Shown piece by piece: positions 46,870 to 58,993 of a stretch of DNA of 64,000 nt (its first letter is position 1; every line of letters begins with the position of its first letter). This stretch comes from Macrostomum lignano (lineage: Eukaryota): contig NIVC01000237.1 in the NCBI GenBank assembly GCA_002269645.1, positions 434,001 through 498,000 on the forward strand. Direction: 5' to 3'. Under the pieces are notes generated by a model, which had not been told where the DNA came from, searched no databases, and was given only the letters and a program-made list of their open reading frames with translations. Both the position numbers and the translations under genes were made by a program.

Positions 46870-48376
46870 GCTTGTTTTTCTAAATCTATGCAGAGATGTT
46901 TGATGCGGAAAAAAATAACTGTTTTGCTTTAGAATAAAAGCATTAACCGGCGTATGCACGTAGTTGCTTCAATTTAGCTATCGATTAACAAAATTCGTCA
47001 CCGCATACAGGTCTTTAGTCTAGGGTACAACATAGTGAACTTTTTTGTAATCTCTTTTTAGCTAGGGCACTTCCCAGTCACTTACGCATCTTAAAGTCGT
47101 CTCTACCTCAATTACCGACCCCGGCACCCTCGAAGTTCTCCCGCCCGGTACCTGTGTAAATACCCGTTGATATGCACGTGTACACGTAGCTTAGATCCTT
47201 AATAATCAGTCTCCGAGTACTTGAAGTCGGTTATACTTCTTTAAGATGGACCACAGCATATTCGTTGCCCATTAGTACGAGCTACATTTTAGTCTTTAAG
47301 CCTTATTCTATCAATAGTACCGCACATGCAAGTATAACAACATGTTACTCGTAAAAATTATAAGCAAGCAAGAAGTTAAAACACAACCGACGTGTGACTA
47401 TAAAGTCTCTACTCACAGAAAGTGGTGCGTACCGTAACTAGAATCTAGTTTATCTAAGGTTTGTCTAAAGTTTCACCTGCTCCATATTTTGCGTATGATA
47501 AAAGTCCTACATGTATCTCTTATTTTCTTTATACTAGAAGCCATCATCTCTGATGGACAGTATAATGAGGCCATGGATATATTGAGCAGCGGATAGCCAA
47601 CTGCCGACCTTTTTGACGCTCCTGTCCCGCCTGGGATTCGTAAATCCCTTGAAAAGTCGTTAAGAAAAAGAGGTTGTCTCTCGGAACGAAACATTACTTG
47701 TAATGACAAAGTCGCCTTTAAAATGGCATAACAGGCAACATAAGTAAATGGTAGCTACCGGATGGCTAGTTGTCGCTAAGAAAGTTAGAGATAGAGACGA
47801 CTGTGTGGTTTTTTCTGTCTTTACCATCACATGCATCGCTTATTTATGTACTTCACTCCGTGACGGATCCCATGGAAGTCTGTCTGCACCAAGGGCTGGC
47901 CACCAGATATTCTAATCTAATTTATAAGAAAAGACGTTGCTTCTTTGTACCAAAAGACCCCAACTTGAATTTTTTGTCAGGGCTTGACCGTCTTTGTTTA
48001 GTGCATGCAAAATCAAGGTAAAAACTCTCGTACCGCTAAAATAGAAGTAGCTTATGCGACGCTTGTATTCTGGTAGTTGTTATAGTTATTTTGGACCGAC
48101 TGGATAAGGCGTTTTCAAAGAAAACTTGGTTCTCAAAGAGCACAAAATCTCTGGTCCCGTCTGCATGCATGGATGCTTTAATTATACGCTGCAAAAACTC
48201 AGTATCAGTTGAAATCGAAGTTTCTTTTTTGTGAGGAGCATTTGCAGGGGCAATTGACAATGCAGGTTTTGTGATTTCCGATCCCACATTAAAATTTTTG
48301 ATCGACGACGACGAGTTGAAGCTAATAGCTTTGAATTTGCCGACAGCCCGTAGATATAGTATATTTCTACTCGCAG

Positions 48377-48657
48377 CAGGTCAGAAGGCAGAAGGCTGGC
48401 CACGTCATCCGGTCGGAGGCCCGCTGTCCTGAGCCGCTACATGACGTGCTGCTGCTCAAGCTGCAGGGACCGCGGAGGCGAGGCCAAGGGCGAACGGTGC
48501 GATACCCTGACCGACTTTTGAGTGACGCTGGCGCCCCGGACCAAGCAGGGGGATGCGACTTCCTGAGGGCAATGGCCCAGAGACGCGCTTTCTGACTGCT
48601 CCCCCCTTTCTGGCTACTGCGTGGCCGGCGGGAGCAGTACCTTGTTGTTGTTGTTGT
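48377..48657 (+). mobile_element. 5'-truncated RTE-like non-LTR retrotransposon
   Basis: Translates to VRRQKAGHVIRS...VLLLKLQGPRRRGQGRTVRYPDRLLSDAG...MAQRR, like the RTE ORF C-terminus; (TTG)n tail; 15-bp TSD TATTTCTACTCGCAG at 48362-48376 and 48658-48672. Confidence 0.75.
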
Positions 48658-48763
48658 TATTTCTACTCGCAGATCATGTATCTACCTCAGCTCATTCGCT
48701 ACTCATGCATTCGATCACTCCTTCCATCGCCTCACCAGCGCACTCCAACTCGTTGCAACAGTG

Positions 48764-48877
48764 GATGATAAACACGCGCTGGTCCAGGGTGACACAGTTG
48801 GTCAGCAAGTTGTAGAAAGTTGAAACCACGGCAAGCTTCACGCGAAGCTCCTGCAGCTGAGGATTTATTGGACTGAA
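48764..48877 (-). pseudogene. Inverted 114-bp copy of formin coding sequence 53680-53793
   Basis: The reverse complement matches 53680-53793 with one mismatch (ATAAAT versus ATAGAT). Confidence 0.95.
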
Positions 48878-49335
48878 TTTGCTTCGTAGCATTCCATACC
48901 GGTGTTGAAGTAGTCCCTTCATTTTCACAGAAATTTTAGTGCCGCCGAAATCCTCAAAAAGTAAATGAATTCAGTCTCATTTTCAGCAGGAAGTAAATTT
49001 TGGCAAGAGTGAGTCAATGCTGAATGCTTTTAGGCACATTCAGGCACATTTTCGAAGACGAGAATCGCATGCGCCTTAAATTTACTAAATTAGAGTTTAA
49101 TATAATTAGATTACATAGCAATATGCGTTGAAAGCAAACTTTATTTATTTGCCTAGAATACAGCACATAAGAAAACAAAACTTTCGGGCATATATTGTAA
49201 AACTGTACTGTAAGTCTGTACAAGCTTTTAACAAATGTTAACATAAAAGGTATCTAAATGAGACTGGGTATCTGACCTCCTCTCAAAGTAAGATCCCATT
49301 TCTCATTAAGACCCGAAGTCGGTACTCGCGTTGTA

Positions 49336-49837
49336 CTAAGCGCTAGGACCTGGGACTATGTACGCCGATGCGTGGTTTTTACCGCCGCACTTATGCCTAC
49401 TGTCACCGAGACACCTTATGTCGCAAAAGGAATCGTCGCGCTTGGAACGTAGCCGAAAAGCTTTGTTGCAATGGCAGGTGTCCTGTTGAACTATCACAAA
49501 CTTAGTATGATAAAAACCATTGTCTATGCAGTATTGGCGACACTTTACCGGATCAGCGTTCAAAATATCAACCGAGGTGGCCGATTCGGCATTGATGAAC
49601 ATCCCCGAGGCGTAGTAGCATCCAGACTCGTCCGTGGTGTCGTCAGAAGAGAAGGAATTTTCTACAACGTTTAGAGGCAGGTTTATACGACTTCAAGTAT
49701 AGCTATTCACCCCACCACGGTCAACAGTATTGGAACATTATTGAGACATCATCAAACTTACTGATAGTCTTTGGGCAGGCTTCGGTAAAGCGAAGAATAC
49801 AAAACACGATTGCTAGACAACCTATAATTTTCGCCAT
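49336..49837 (-). CDS. Secreted single-WSC-domain protein B, join(49762..49837,49336..49661)
   Basis: Paralog of WSC-A with the same 76-nt first exon and the same phase-1 intron; the 3' flank is also homologous. Confidence 0.85.
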
Positions 49838-51290
49838 GCTTTTTGTTGAGATCTATGTGGATATTTTTTTAAGCTGAAAAATAATTGAAACTATATAGAC
49901 ACAATACTTCCCAATAAAAACAAGCTTATGATAAGCAATCATTATCAACTGTTTAATGATGCATGTCTAAATTTAGATGCAGTAAATGACCATAGACATA
50001 GAATCGAGTCGCAGATGTCACAGAATAGAATGTCTTACATGACACTTGGAGTGTTCAGTGCTGTAAATATGTCTGTTAGTTATCCTATCAACTGGCCGTT
50101 TTTGCCGGTTATGAGTCTCGACAACATAGACATCCAGCATACCGTCAAGACAATCACCGATATGATGGTCAGTTGGAGGATTTCATTAACTTCAAGATCT
50201 GAGGACCCTTTTGGCGTCGTTCTACATGATACCCCGTACTGAAGAGCAAGCTTCAGTTGCTACTGACACACTACCAAGGCTAGGTCGAGGTGGACTCACT
50301 ACCAAGCACGTCCAAAGAACAAATTTTTCACTATGACTACTTTGAAGCTCTGCCTATTGAAACCAAGGACAGTTCGCTCTTTCCGAGACCATTGGCTAAT
50401 CATGAAGGACGGCTGCAGTTTTGGAATAAGCAAGGTCCGCGGAATCAATTGGCTAGGATCATTCGTGACTCGACTAAGCACCCTGTGTAAGCTCACCTAA
50501 ACGTATACGAACCACTGCATTCGAGTAACTAGGGCTGTTGACCTACACGAAGCGGCCTACACGTTGTCCGACATCATGAGTATCACCGGACAACAAAATT
50601 AGTCGACCGTTATGCTCTACCTATCGTTGAAGCGTGATCACAAATCGCGAAAAATGGCTACGGCTGAGGAAGAAGCCTTACAACCAAATGGATCTCCTAT
50701 GGACGCGACAATGGCTAGGAAGGGTCAGCCATCTGAAGTTGAAATATCAACTCTTTCACAGGCGATGGATTTGGGTAGCTAAAACATTGTACAGTTAGTG
50801 GACAAAATGGGTTGATTATCTTCGCGGACTGCCACTTTACCAACTGCATCTTTGCTATGTCTTCTGCTTCTTTTATGACTGGGTAATTCCAGTCTGATAG
50901 ACTATAGTGCAGCATCTTCTAGATCGACGACATCAAAGTCGAAGTCCGTTATGTTTAATTGAAGCGAGTTACCAGCGTACTTTATACTTCATCCTGCAGC
51001 CGCGACTTGTTCCCTTCTTTCTCTTTTAGTCGCTGCTTTTCAAGAGCACTAAGGTCAAGCACGTAGACACCGAGCAGTTAGACCTTCATCGATTTAATTG
51101 ACCAGCTTCATTGAGAATCGAAAATTATAAAAATAAAATCCATGAAAACGCTTCTATTGTTGCTGCTATATGATGTTAAATGTTTATTTCGTAGTTGCCT
51201 AAAATAAACTCGCGTTTCGCTATAATCTACGATCCAAGCTGAAACAGGCTACAAACTGCGTTTGATAACGACTGAATTATACAACATGTG

Positions 51291-51600
51291 ATGAGAGAGA
51301 GAGTGACAATTTTATTGGAAAAATCTGCTTAGATGGAGAGAGAGGAGGGAGGGGGAGAGGTAGAGAGACATTGGGGTGCGAGAGAGAGAGGAGATGCAGA
51401 CAGGGGAGAGAAGGAGAGAAAGATAAGAGAGAGGGAGAAGAGATGAATAGGTGCAAGATAGAGAGGGGAGAAAGAGAGAGGGTGACAGAGAGATCGAGAG
51501 GGGATAGAGAGAACGGGAAAGGGACGGGGAGAGAGGGGTGCGAGAGGGGAGAGAAAGGAGGGAGAGAGAAGGAAGAGAGGAGAGAGAGCTGCTGGGGTAT
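51291..51600. repeat. GA-rich low-complexity tract
   Basis: Degenerate (GA)n purine run. Confidence 0.85.
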
Positions 51601-52623
51601 TCTGGCCGAGTAGGTTTTTGAGTACCAGAAAGTTTCACAAGTAGTCACTGAAGTCACTAGTAGAACCTATAGACATTTATCATGTGGTTCGATTTCGGCT
51701 GCCAAAGCTGCACAGCTAAGTTAAATGTTACAAATAGGTCCTTTATGTCGATATGTTGGGCCGTTGGGACATGTTGGGCCGGTGGGATCAGACGAGTATA
51801 GATGAGTCTTTCAAATCCAATCAGGACCTGCGATGTGAGCACTGATACGTATGAAAATTATCGCCGGGTCGGAACGGGTCGGACGAGAAGCGAGTGACTT
51901 CTCTGTGCGTTGGAGGCACTCCAGGTCTTCTAGCGTCTGGCAGCAAGTTCAAGTGCTCCCGAGTCACTAGGGTTCGTTAGTTAGAGGGTTAGTTAGATCG
52001 TTGTGAGTTCAACTTTCACAAGAAATGTGAGCAGCAGTCATGCATAAGATTCTGGCTGTTCCAGTCGACAGCTGCCCGTCCGACAGCTCGGTGATGTCCT
52101 CTGATGCAGCAGCAATACATTTTCTAGAAGTCCCTTTCCTGTGCGATTGTACTTTTTAAGGGGCTGCATGTCGAAAAAAAATAATTGAGCAGAAGCTTGA
52201 TAAGGATGAAAATGATCAATATAAGCTGTTATTACGTGTTGCATCCTCACATGTAAATAATAATTTATTGCATTTTTGCATTACTTTTTTAGAAACTAAG
52301 GCGTTGCCGCTGAAGTCTCGAGCTTAATGCTGATGCGTTTCCCACAGTATTGAATAGAAAATTTCTGCCTCCATTTTCCCACAGCAAGCTTCACGGGCAT
52401 TGCTAGCTGTGTTAGTACAGCAACGCCCAAGAAAGCAGTCACATAAAATACGAGGGAGTAAGCTGTGCTATTATTCTGCTCTGAGGCATGCATGCTAGCT
52501 TTTTCACACGCTTTCATAAAAAATTGTTGAAAAAGCGAATTTAAGCAGAGAAAATTCAAGAAGCGATAGCCTTAGAAAAGAAAAGAAGTCCGCAGAACTC
52601 CAGCAAACTAAAAGCAATGCGCG

Positions 52624-55485
52624 ATGGTCAATTCAAAAACAAAAGCCGAAGCAAAGGCAAAGCGGCAGCGGCAGCAACAGAAGCAGCACGAACAGCAACG
52701 CAGGCGGCATCGAAGCCGCACCTCGTCGGAGAACTCATCTGACACCACCGACACCGCCAACAATGACACTGACAGCGGAGTCGAAGCGCCACCGAGGCTC
52801 TTAGAACGGCACTCATCAACAACGTCGCTGAAACGAGATCTGCAGGACTTGAAACGCTCATCTGATGCGCATGACGTCTATGACAGCGTGCAAGCGGGCG
52901 CGTCTGGCTCTGATGATCCCATCGACTACGGCGTACCGGCGCTCTTTAACGACAGCGACCGTAAGGCCAACTGGGAGTCGGGTGGTAGCCCTCCAGAGGA
53001 GCGTCTGGTCATGGAGAAATACTTGATGCTACGGGAGCTTGAGTTCCCGGACGAAAAAAAGCTAGACAATGACTCACTACAAGAGCGCTGGAACGCGGTG
53101 CTTCAGGTGAAACGGGAGCGGTGCAAGCGGACTCCGGAGCATCACTTAAAAGCGCTGACTTCGCTGAACCAAAGCTTTCCAAAGAAGCCCCAGAAGAAGC
53201 AGCACGAAGCGCAGCGAAAGTTGGAATCAAGGTGTACCAAGGTATGCAGCGATCTTAAGTCTGATATGATCAAGGGCCATATATCCTATGTTAATGAGCT
53301 GCAGAAAGCTGGGGTCTTCGTCCAGTTGAAGACATTGTTGCAGAATCTCGCAGCGCTGGCAAAGTGCAGTACAACGCCAGTTATCTGTGCTCTGATTTGT
53401 TTGAAGAATGCCCTCTGCAGGTCTGAGAAGACCAGGAACAAAGCAATCACACTGGAAGTTTCAGCCGAGCTGGTTAAGCTTTTTAACTCTCGAACGGATA
53501 TAGAAGTTCAGCCGTGCATGTTTGACTGCTTCTCTCTCATTGCTTCATGCAGCATTGGGACCAACCAGCTTGTGAACTACCTCTTCACGCCTAACAAAGA
53601 GAAAATTAACCAGGTGTCTACAGCGACAAAGGTGCGCTCTGACGACGGTTTCGTACCTTTTATCGTCTGGTACCTGCTGTTCAGTCCAATAGATCCTCAG
53701 CTGCAGGAGCTTCGCGTGAAGCTTGCCGTGGTTTCAACTTTCTACAACTTGCTGACCAACTGTGTCACCCTGGACCAGCGCGTGTTTATCATCGAGCATC
53801 TGCGGGTTCATGGCTACAACTTTGATGCTTTCGAAAGGTGCCTTGAGAATGTGCAGGATACCACCGACCTTGAGGAGAAATACACCTTAAACAGTCTGGA
53901 CGAACTCATTGGAAAGATCAAGGTGTTGCACATTGATGTTCAACTGATTGCTGATCGAGCCTCCATAGCGGAGGCTCGCAACGAAGTTCTACGAGATGAG
54001 ATTAATCACCTGGAGAAGCAATTATCGCAAAGTGGTCAGAAGCTAAGTGACGCCATGGAAGAAATTGAAGGCTTGAAAACTAAGAAGTCGGCGCAGCCTC
54101 CGGTGGCTTCTGCACCCAGGCCGGTCACCGCCAGTAGCTCGCAGAATCAGAAAGTGCCAGCACCTTTACCGACACCTCCGCCGCCGCCACCGCCAGCACC
54201 TCCTCCGCCACCACCACCGTCAACTGTAGACGGAGGTGGGCGACCCGCACCCGAGAATCCGGAAATTGACTACTACGAATCAGTCTACGACAGACTCAAA
54301 GAAGACTACTCAGGGCTGATCAATAGCCGGACTCATCTGCCTGCCTGTCACTGGGATCCGTTGTACACTGTCAAAGGAACTGTCTTCGAGGCCGCTCAAC
54401 AAGAACAGGAAAACTTACTGAAAGACCTCGATTTAGGCGACTTCCAACGCAAGTTCAGCCACATGACACCGGCAACTCCTGGGCGTTTGTACAGGCCTGG
54501 ACCTGCGTCAAAAGAAACGGCGCCAGGTCCTAAGGGCCTCGCGGGTGGCCGTCAGCTGCACCAACCGCATCTTCCGCAGCAAAAGCAAGACCAGGACCAG
54601 AAGACCGTACTTCTAGATGAACGCACGGCACAGAATCTGGTGATCACGAAGCGTCGTTTCCGCGTGGAGGATGCGGAGATTTGTCGCGCAATCGAATCAA
54701 TCGACACCAATGTGATCAGCGGCGAAATGGCTGAGATTCTCCACAAGTTCCTACCTGCATCTCGCTCTGACATCAAACTAGTGGCCAAAAATTATAGTCG
54801 GTTGCATCAGCTTGGCGAGGCCGACCAATTTTATGTTCGTCTTGCCTGCATCGAGCGTGTGCCTACCAAGCTGCAGGTCATAGCGTTCTTGGACTCGTAT
54901 CGCGACCGCTGCAGCGATTGCAACCAGAAGATTGAGTGCCTCAGTCGCGCCTGCAGCCGCAGCCTGACGTGCCGGCCGATCCTGCAGAAGCTGCTCACCT
55001 ACTTTCTGGTGCTGGGCAACTTTATGAATTCCGGAAGGAAGCGCTACGCGCCGGGCTTCCGACTGACCTCTATCGAGACCATCGCTCGCATTCCGGACAG
55101 CTCCGGCCGCGAGACCGTGCTGGACTACGTTCGCAGAACTGCGCGCAGCAAACTGACGCCTGAGGAACTGACGCGTCTTCGCCAACAGTTTGACTATGAA
55201 GTGCCGAAGGTCTCGCTGCCGTCAGTTAGCCTGGAGCTTGAGCAGCTGCAGAAGGGCCTGATTCAGCTGAAAGAGGAGTGCGCGCACACCGAAGAACCGT
55301 CAGCGCGTCTGTCCTCCAGTCTCGAGCAGGCCTCCAAGGAAATCCCTGCTCTGGTGTCTCGACAGCAGTTGTCCTACAGCCTGTACCATCAGCTGTGCTC
55401 GCTAATGGGAGAAAATCCTACCGACACAGAGCCCGACAAACTGTTCACCACACTTTGCTTCCTGGTCAAGCAGCTAACCACATGA
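52624..55485 (+). CDS. Intronless formin, FMNL-like (GBD/FH3-like region, coiled coil, FH1, FH2), 953 aa
   Basis: Polyproline FH1; FH2 motifs CHWD...GTVF, RTAQNLVIT, EICRAI, LGNFMNS...GFRL and GENP, closest by eye to the FMNL subfamily. Confidence 0.9.
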   Translation: MVNSKTKAEAKAKRQRQQQKQHEQQRRRHRSRTSSENSSDTTDTANNDTDSGVEAPPRLLERHSSTTSLKRDLQDLKRSSDAHDVYDSVQAGASGSDDPIDYGVPALFNDSDRKANWESGGSPPEERLVMEKYLMLRELEFPDEKKLDNDSLQERWNAVLQVKRERCKRTPEHHLKALTSLNQSFPKKPQKKQHEAQRKLESRCTKVCSDLKSDMIKGHISYVNELQKAGVFVQLKTLLQNLAALAKCSTTPVICALICLKNALCRSEKTRNKAITLEVSAELVKLFNSRTDIEVQPCMFDCFSLIASCSIGTNQLVNYLFTPNKEKINQVSTATKVRSDDGFVPFIVWYLLFSPIDPQLQELRVKLAVVSTFYNLLTNCVTLDQRVFIIEHLRVHGYNFDAFERCLENVQDTTDLEEKYTLNSLDELIGKIKVLHIDVQLIADRASIAEARNEVLRDEINHLEKQLSQSGQKLSDAMEEIEGLKTKKSAQPPVASAPRPVTASSSQNQKVPAPLPTPPPPPPPAPPPPPPPSTVDGGGRPAPENPEIDYYESVYDRLKEDYSGLINSRTHLPACHWDPLYTVKGTVFEAAQQEQENLLKDLDLGDFQRKFSHMTPATPGRLYRPGPASKETAPGPKGLAGGRQLHQPHLPQQKQDQDQKTVLLDERTAQNLVITKRRFRVEDAEICRAIESIDTNVISGEMAEILHKFLPASRSDIKLVAKNYSRLHQLGEADQFYVRLACIERVPTKLQVIAFLDSYRDRCSDCNQKIECLSRACSRSLTCRPILQKLLTYFLVLGNFMNSGRKRYAPGFRLTSIETIARIPDSSGRETVLDYVRRTARSKLTPEELTRLRQQFDYEVPKVSLPSVSLELEQLQKGLIQLKEECAHTEEPSARLSSSLEQASKEIPALVSRQQLSYSLYHQLCSLMGENPTDTEPDKLFTTLCFLVKQLTT

Positions 55486-56319
55486 AGTAAATTTGATCTG
55501 CTTTGTATTCTTACTTGAACTGTTGTCGGACTTGCGATGGAATAAGTTCCCATAAAAACATATTTATCAAGTGCACCTATACAAAAAAGTTATATTATTT
55601 TGCTATTTAGTATTTATGCGCGTAGTAACAACTTGTTTTTACACTTTGGCTCATAAAAAGTAGTAGTGCTGAAACATATACGGTTGAAAACAAACTAATT
55701 TTAAGTTTAAACTCCAGCTATTTCTTCACGCTGTGTTCAAAGTTCGAAGGCCAAGAAATTTTTTTAATTGAATTTTTTACTCGTAGATTCGGTGACATCG
55801 ATCTAAGTGACTCAAGCGCGATCTGACGTGACTCAAGCGCAACAGATGCATGGATTCCGTAGTAAATGATTAGTACTACTGACGAGCCCAGACAGATCAG
55901 ATATGCTCAGATGAGCTGTTTCGAGACAAACAAGAAATGCCGAGAAATTATTAATGCCAGAAAATGTACGAACTTCTTGTCAATATGTGCAATGGGTCGG
56001 TGCCACTAGAAGATGCTATGAAAGATTTATTCCAAAACTCGCCTAGTACGCATGAGCATCATGGCAGGCCAGCCCATAAAATACATGTAGATAGGACCGA
56101 AAACATGCGAGCTAACTAGTTATGGGCCAAAACCTCACCTAAAATCACCCAAAATTACCCGATTACAACGCAGAACATAATTTACGACAGAGTGTAAATA
56201 GAAGGCCATCAGAGTTCGTGCCCCCACCCCAACATCACCTCTTGGATATATTAATACTCAGCTCAGATATGCAGAAATACCATTCCAAGACACGCAACTC
56301 AACATTTTCAACCGAAATC

Positions 56320-57111
56320 ATGCCTCTCTGGTTGATATTGCTCTGGGCACCTCTGCTGCTGCAGTTGAGCAAAGAGAGCGGGGCCGGAACTGTTGTGGAT
56401 GCTCTGTCCACGAGCCCCGGAAGCGGCTCAGAAGCTGCTGCAAGCTTATTCACAGTATCTGAAGAGTCTGACGCACCTCTGGTGCTGGGCGAATTGCCGC
56501 AGCTGCCGCCAAGCTCAGAGTACGAACTGCTGCACAGCTTTGGAGCTGACGGTACTGACGACGCTTTTGAAGTAGATAATTCAATAAACTCTCAGAGACT
56601 GATTCTCAAGAAGAGTCTCGACCGCGAGGCAGTCTGCTCACCATCTAGCGAGCAATGCAGCCATTGCATTCTGCACCTGTACTTGGTGGCGAGCTCTTGT
56701 GTCACTAGGGAGCCACTTCATCTGCTGACTGTCCAAGTGCGACTCATCGACGCGAATGACAACCGGCCGAGTTTTCCAGCGGTGCCGGACCGCCTCGAGC
56801 TGCAGTTCAGCGAGTCCGATCCGCCCGGCAGTCGACGCCCGCTGCCACAGGCCAGCGACCCGGACTGCGGCGAGTTCGGTCAAGTCTCGCACTCGCTGCT
56901 GGTCCTCCCGATTTCTAATGCAGCTGAGAATGGAGCGCCATTCAAGCTACAGAAAGAGTCAGAGTCGCTGTTCCTAACGCTGACTCGTAAGCTGGACAGG
57001 GAGCAGCAAAGTTTCTACGATGGCCTGACGTTGCTGGCAGTTGATGGCGGTAGGCTGGAAGCGAGACTGCATCTCGTCGTGCGTGTCATCGACGAGAATG
57101 ACTGCGCCCCC
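56320..57111 (+). CDS. Protocadherin-like gene, exon 1 (signal peptide, EC1-EC2)
   Basis: MPLWLILLWAPLLL signal; LDREAVC...C, DANDNRP, DENDCAP; donor GTAAGT at 57112. Confidence 0.88.
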
Positions 57112-57210
57112 GTAAGTGAATCGGTATCTTTATACGAGCTACCAGTATATAGCATGTACTGCTTCAGCTGCACGCAAAACGTGTCACAATACTAATAACC
57201 ATCCACAAAG

Positions 57211-57482
57211 GCATTCGACCGAGCGGCCTATTCGCTATCCATTGTCGAGAACTCACCAACTGGCTCGTTGCTGCCGCTGCGCCTGTCAGCTCTGGACTGC
57301 GATGCGGGCGCCGCAGGTCGAGTGCGCTACCAGCTGGCGCCAGGCACCCAGCCGATGGTGCGAAGCCTCGTGGCTGTTGAAGCGGACAGCGGCTGGCTTC
57401 GTCTGGTTGGGCACCTCGATCGGGAGTCAGTCCCGGAGTTGGGCTTCAGTGTCAGAGCATTGGACGGTGGAGACCCTGTCAG
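57211..57482 (+). CDS. Protocadherin-like gene, exon 2 (EC3)
   Basis: AFDRAAYSLSIVENSP...LDRE...ALDGGDP; AAG acceptor, GT donor at 57483; phases consistent. Confidence 0.85.
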
Positions 57483-57568
57483 GTATTGCAGTTTAGAACC
57501 ACCGAAGTTAAAGTTAAATAATCATTTTGATTTAAATATCATCATCCACCATCACACAAAATTAATAG

Positions 57569-58286
57569 ATCCGCCACTGCTGACGTGCACCTTCGAGTTC
57601 TCGACATGAACGACAACGCGCCACGATTGGAACTTCTCGGCATGGCATCGCATCTGGCTTCGCCAAGCATCCGTGAGAATCGGTTTCCTGGGGCCGTGGC
57701 CGCCGTTTTGAGCGTCCGGGATGAAGATGCTGGGGCGAATGGCACAGTCACTTGCCACCTGTTGGCGTCCTCTTCGTCGCGGATGTTCATACTACAGAGT
57801 TTTTCAACCCGGCTGCTGCAGCTTCGGACAGTGGCTGCACTAGATCGGGAATTATCGGACTCGCATGCCGCAACCATTCGCTGCGTGGATGGTGGCGGAT
57901 TGAAAAGCGAGGCAAGCTTCGCTGTCCAAGTGCTGGATGAAAATGACAATGCCCCAGTGTTCAACGCAATCGGCTTGTCGTCTCCAAACGGAACAATTTT
58001 GCTACGTCAGACTGAGACGCCTTCAACCAACTTATCAGCCATGGACGCAGCGGTGTTGGCAAATCTCAGCGCCACGGACGCCGACATGGGTGACAACGGC
58101 AGAGTGGACTATCGCCTGTTGGACGGAGCCGAGGACGGCGACTTCGCCATCGATACTGTCACTGGTCTGCTCAGGGCGACGAAGCCGCTGGACCGAGAGC
58201 GCCGATCGAGAGCGCGACTTCGAGTGGTTGCGAGCGATCAAGGTCGGCCACGACGACTGTCGACGACCGCCACTGTGGAGCTGGAG
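57569..58286 (+). CDS. Protocadherin-like gene, exon 3 (EC4-EC5)
   Basis: DMNDNAP, DENDNAP and LDRE motifs; TAG acceptor, GT donor at 58287. Confidence 0.88.
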
Positions 58287-58599
58287 GTGCGGGCTTTTTT
58301 AAATTTTGCGTGTACTTAAAATATCCTTCGATCTTCGGGCCTTGGAATAGTAGGCTTACTAGATAAAGGGGGGAAGTCGAGAACCACATCCGGAGCGTAA
58401 ACATGGCTTTAATAGCGCATTTGGGTTTTTGTGGCAGGGAGCTGTGTTTATTAAATACCAATGAGAATGCAGTAATTGATCGAGAAATGAAGTAAGGATA
58501 GGCGGAGAAATGCGTTACTTTGCTCGACCGGAGTATGAAAGCACCGAATCACCAGTGAGAAGCATCAGTGTCGAGAAAATAATGAATAAGTCTAGCCTA

Positions 58600-58930
58600 C
58601 AGAGTGAGAGATACTTTAGCAGCAGAAGGGGTCAGCGTAGAGTCAGTGAGGAAGGCCAGGGGCGCTGGGGGGTTAAGCACGCAAAGAGGGGGATGGGTTA
58701 GCTACGCAAAAGGAATAGAGGGGTGAAGTGAGAATAGGAGGCTAAAGAGGGACGAGGTGAGGACCAATCAGAGTGAAGAGAGGGTGAGAGAGAGAAGGCT
58801 AGACTGAATTGCACGAGAGAGTAGAAAACGAAGAGTGCAAGGTGAACTGAAGCAGTGAAGGCAGGAGTCGCTACAATCAGAAACAAGTTTTTAATGTCGA
58901 TTACCGTCAAAGACACGAGAAAAGAGACGA
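58600..58930. repeat. Purine-rich low-complexity intronic tract
   Basis: GA-biased degenerate sequence in protocadherin intron 3. Confidence 0.6.
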
Positions 58931-58993
58931 GTGACTGGCAAATCATTTCAAATCGCACTAACTATTGAACTCCATCTGTTTATTTCCACACAG

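Noticed and set aside
47470-48300. Short coding-like fragments between the WSC genes (also 49928-50915)
   Set aside because: No recognisable motif, frequent stops; cannot be assigned without a search.
52296-52559. Small minus-strand ORF with a hydrophobic helix, divergent from the formin
   Set aside because: No homology cue or splice support; a short ORF of this kind is plausible by chance.
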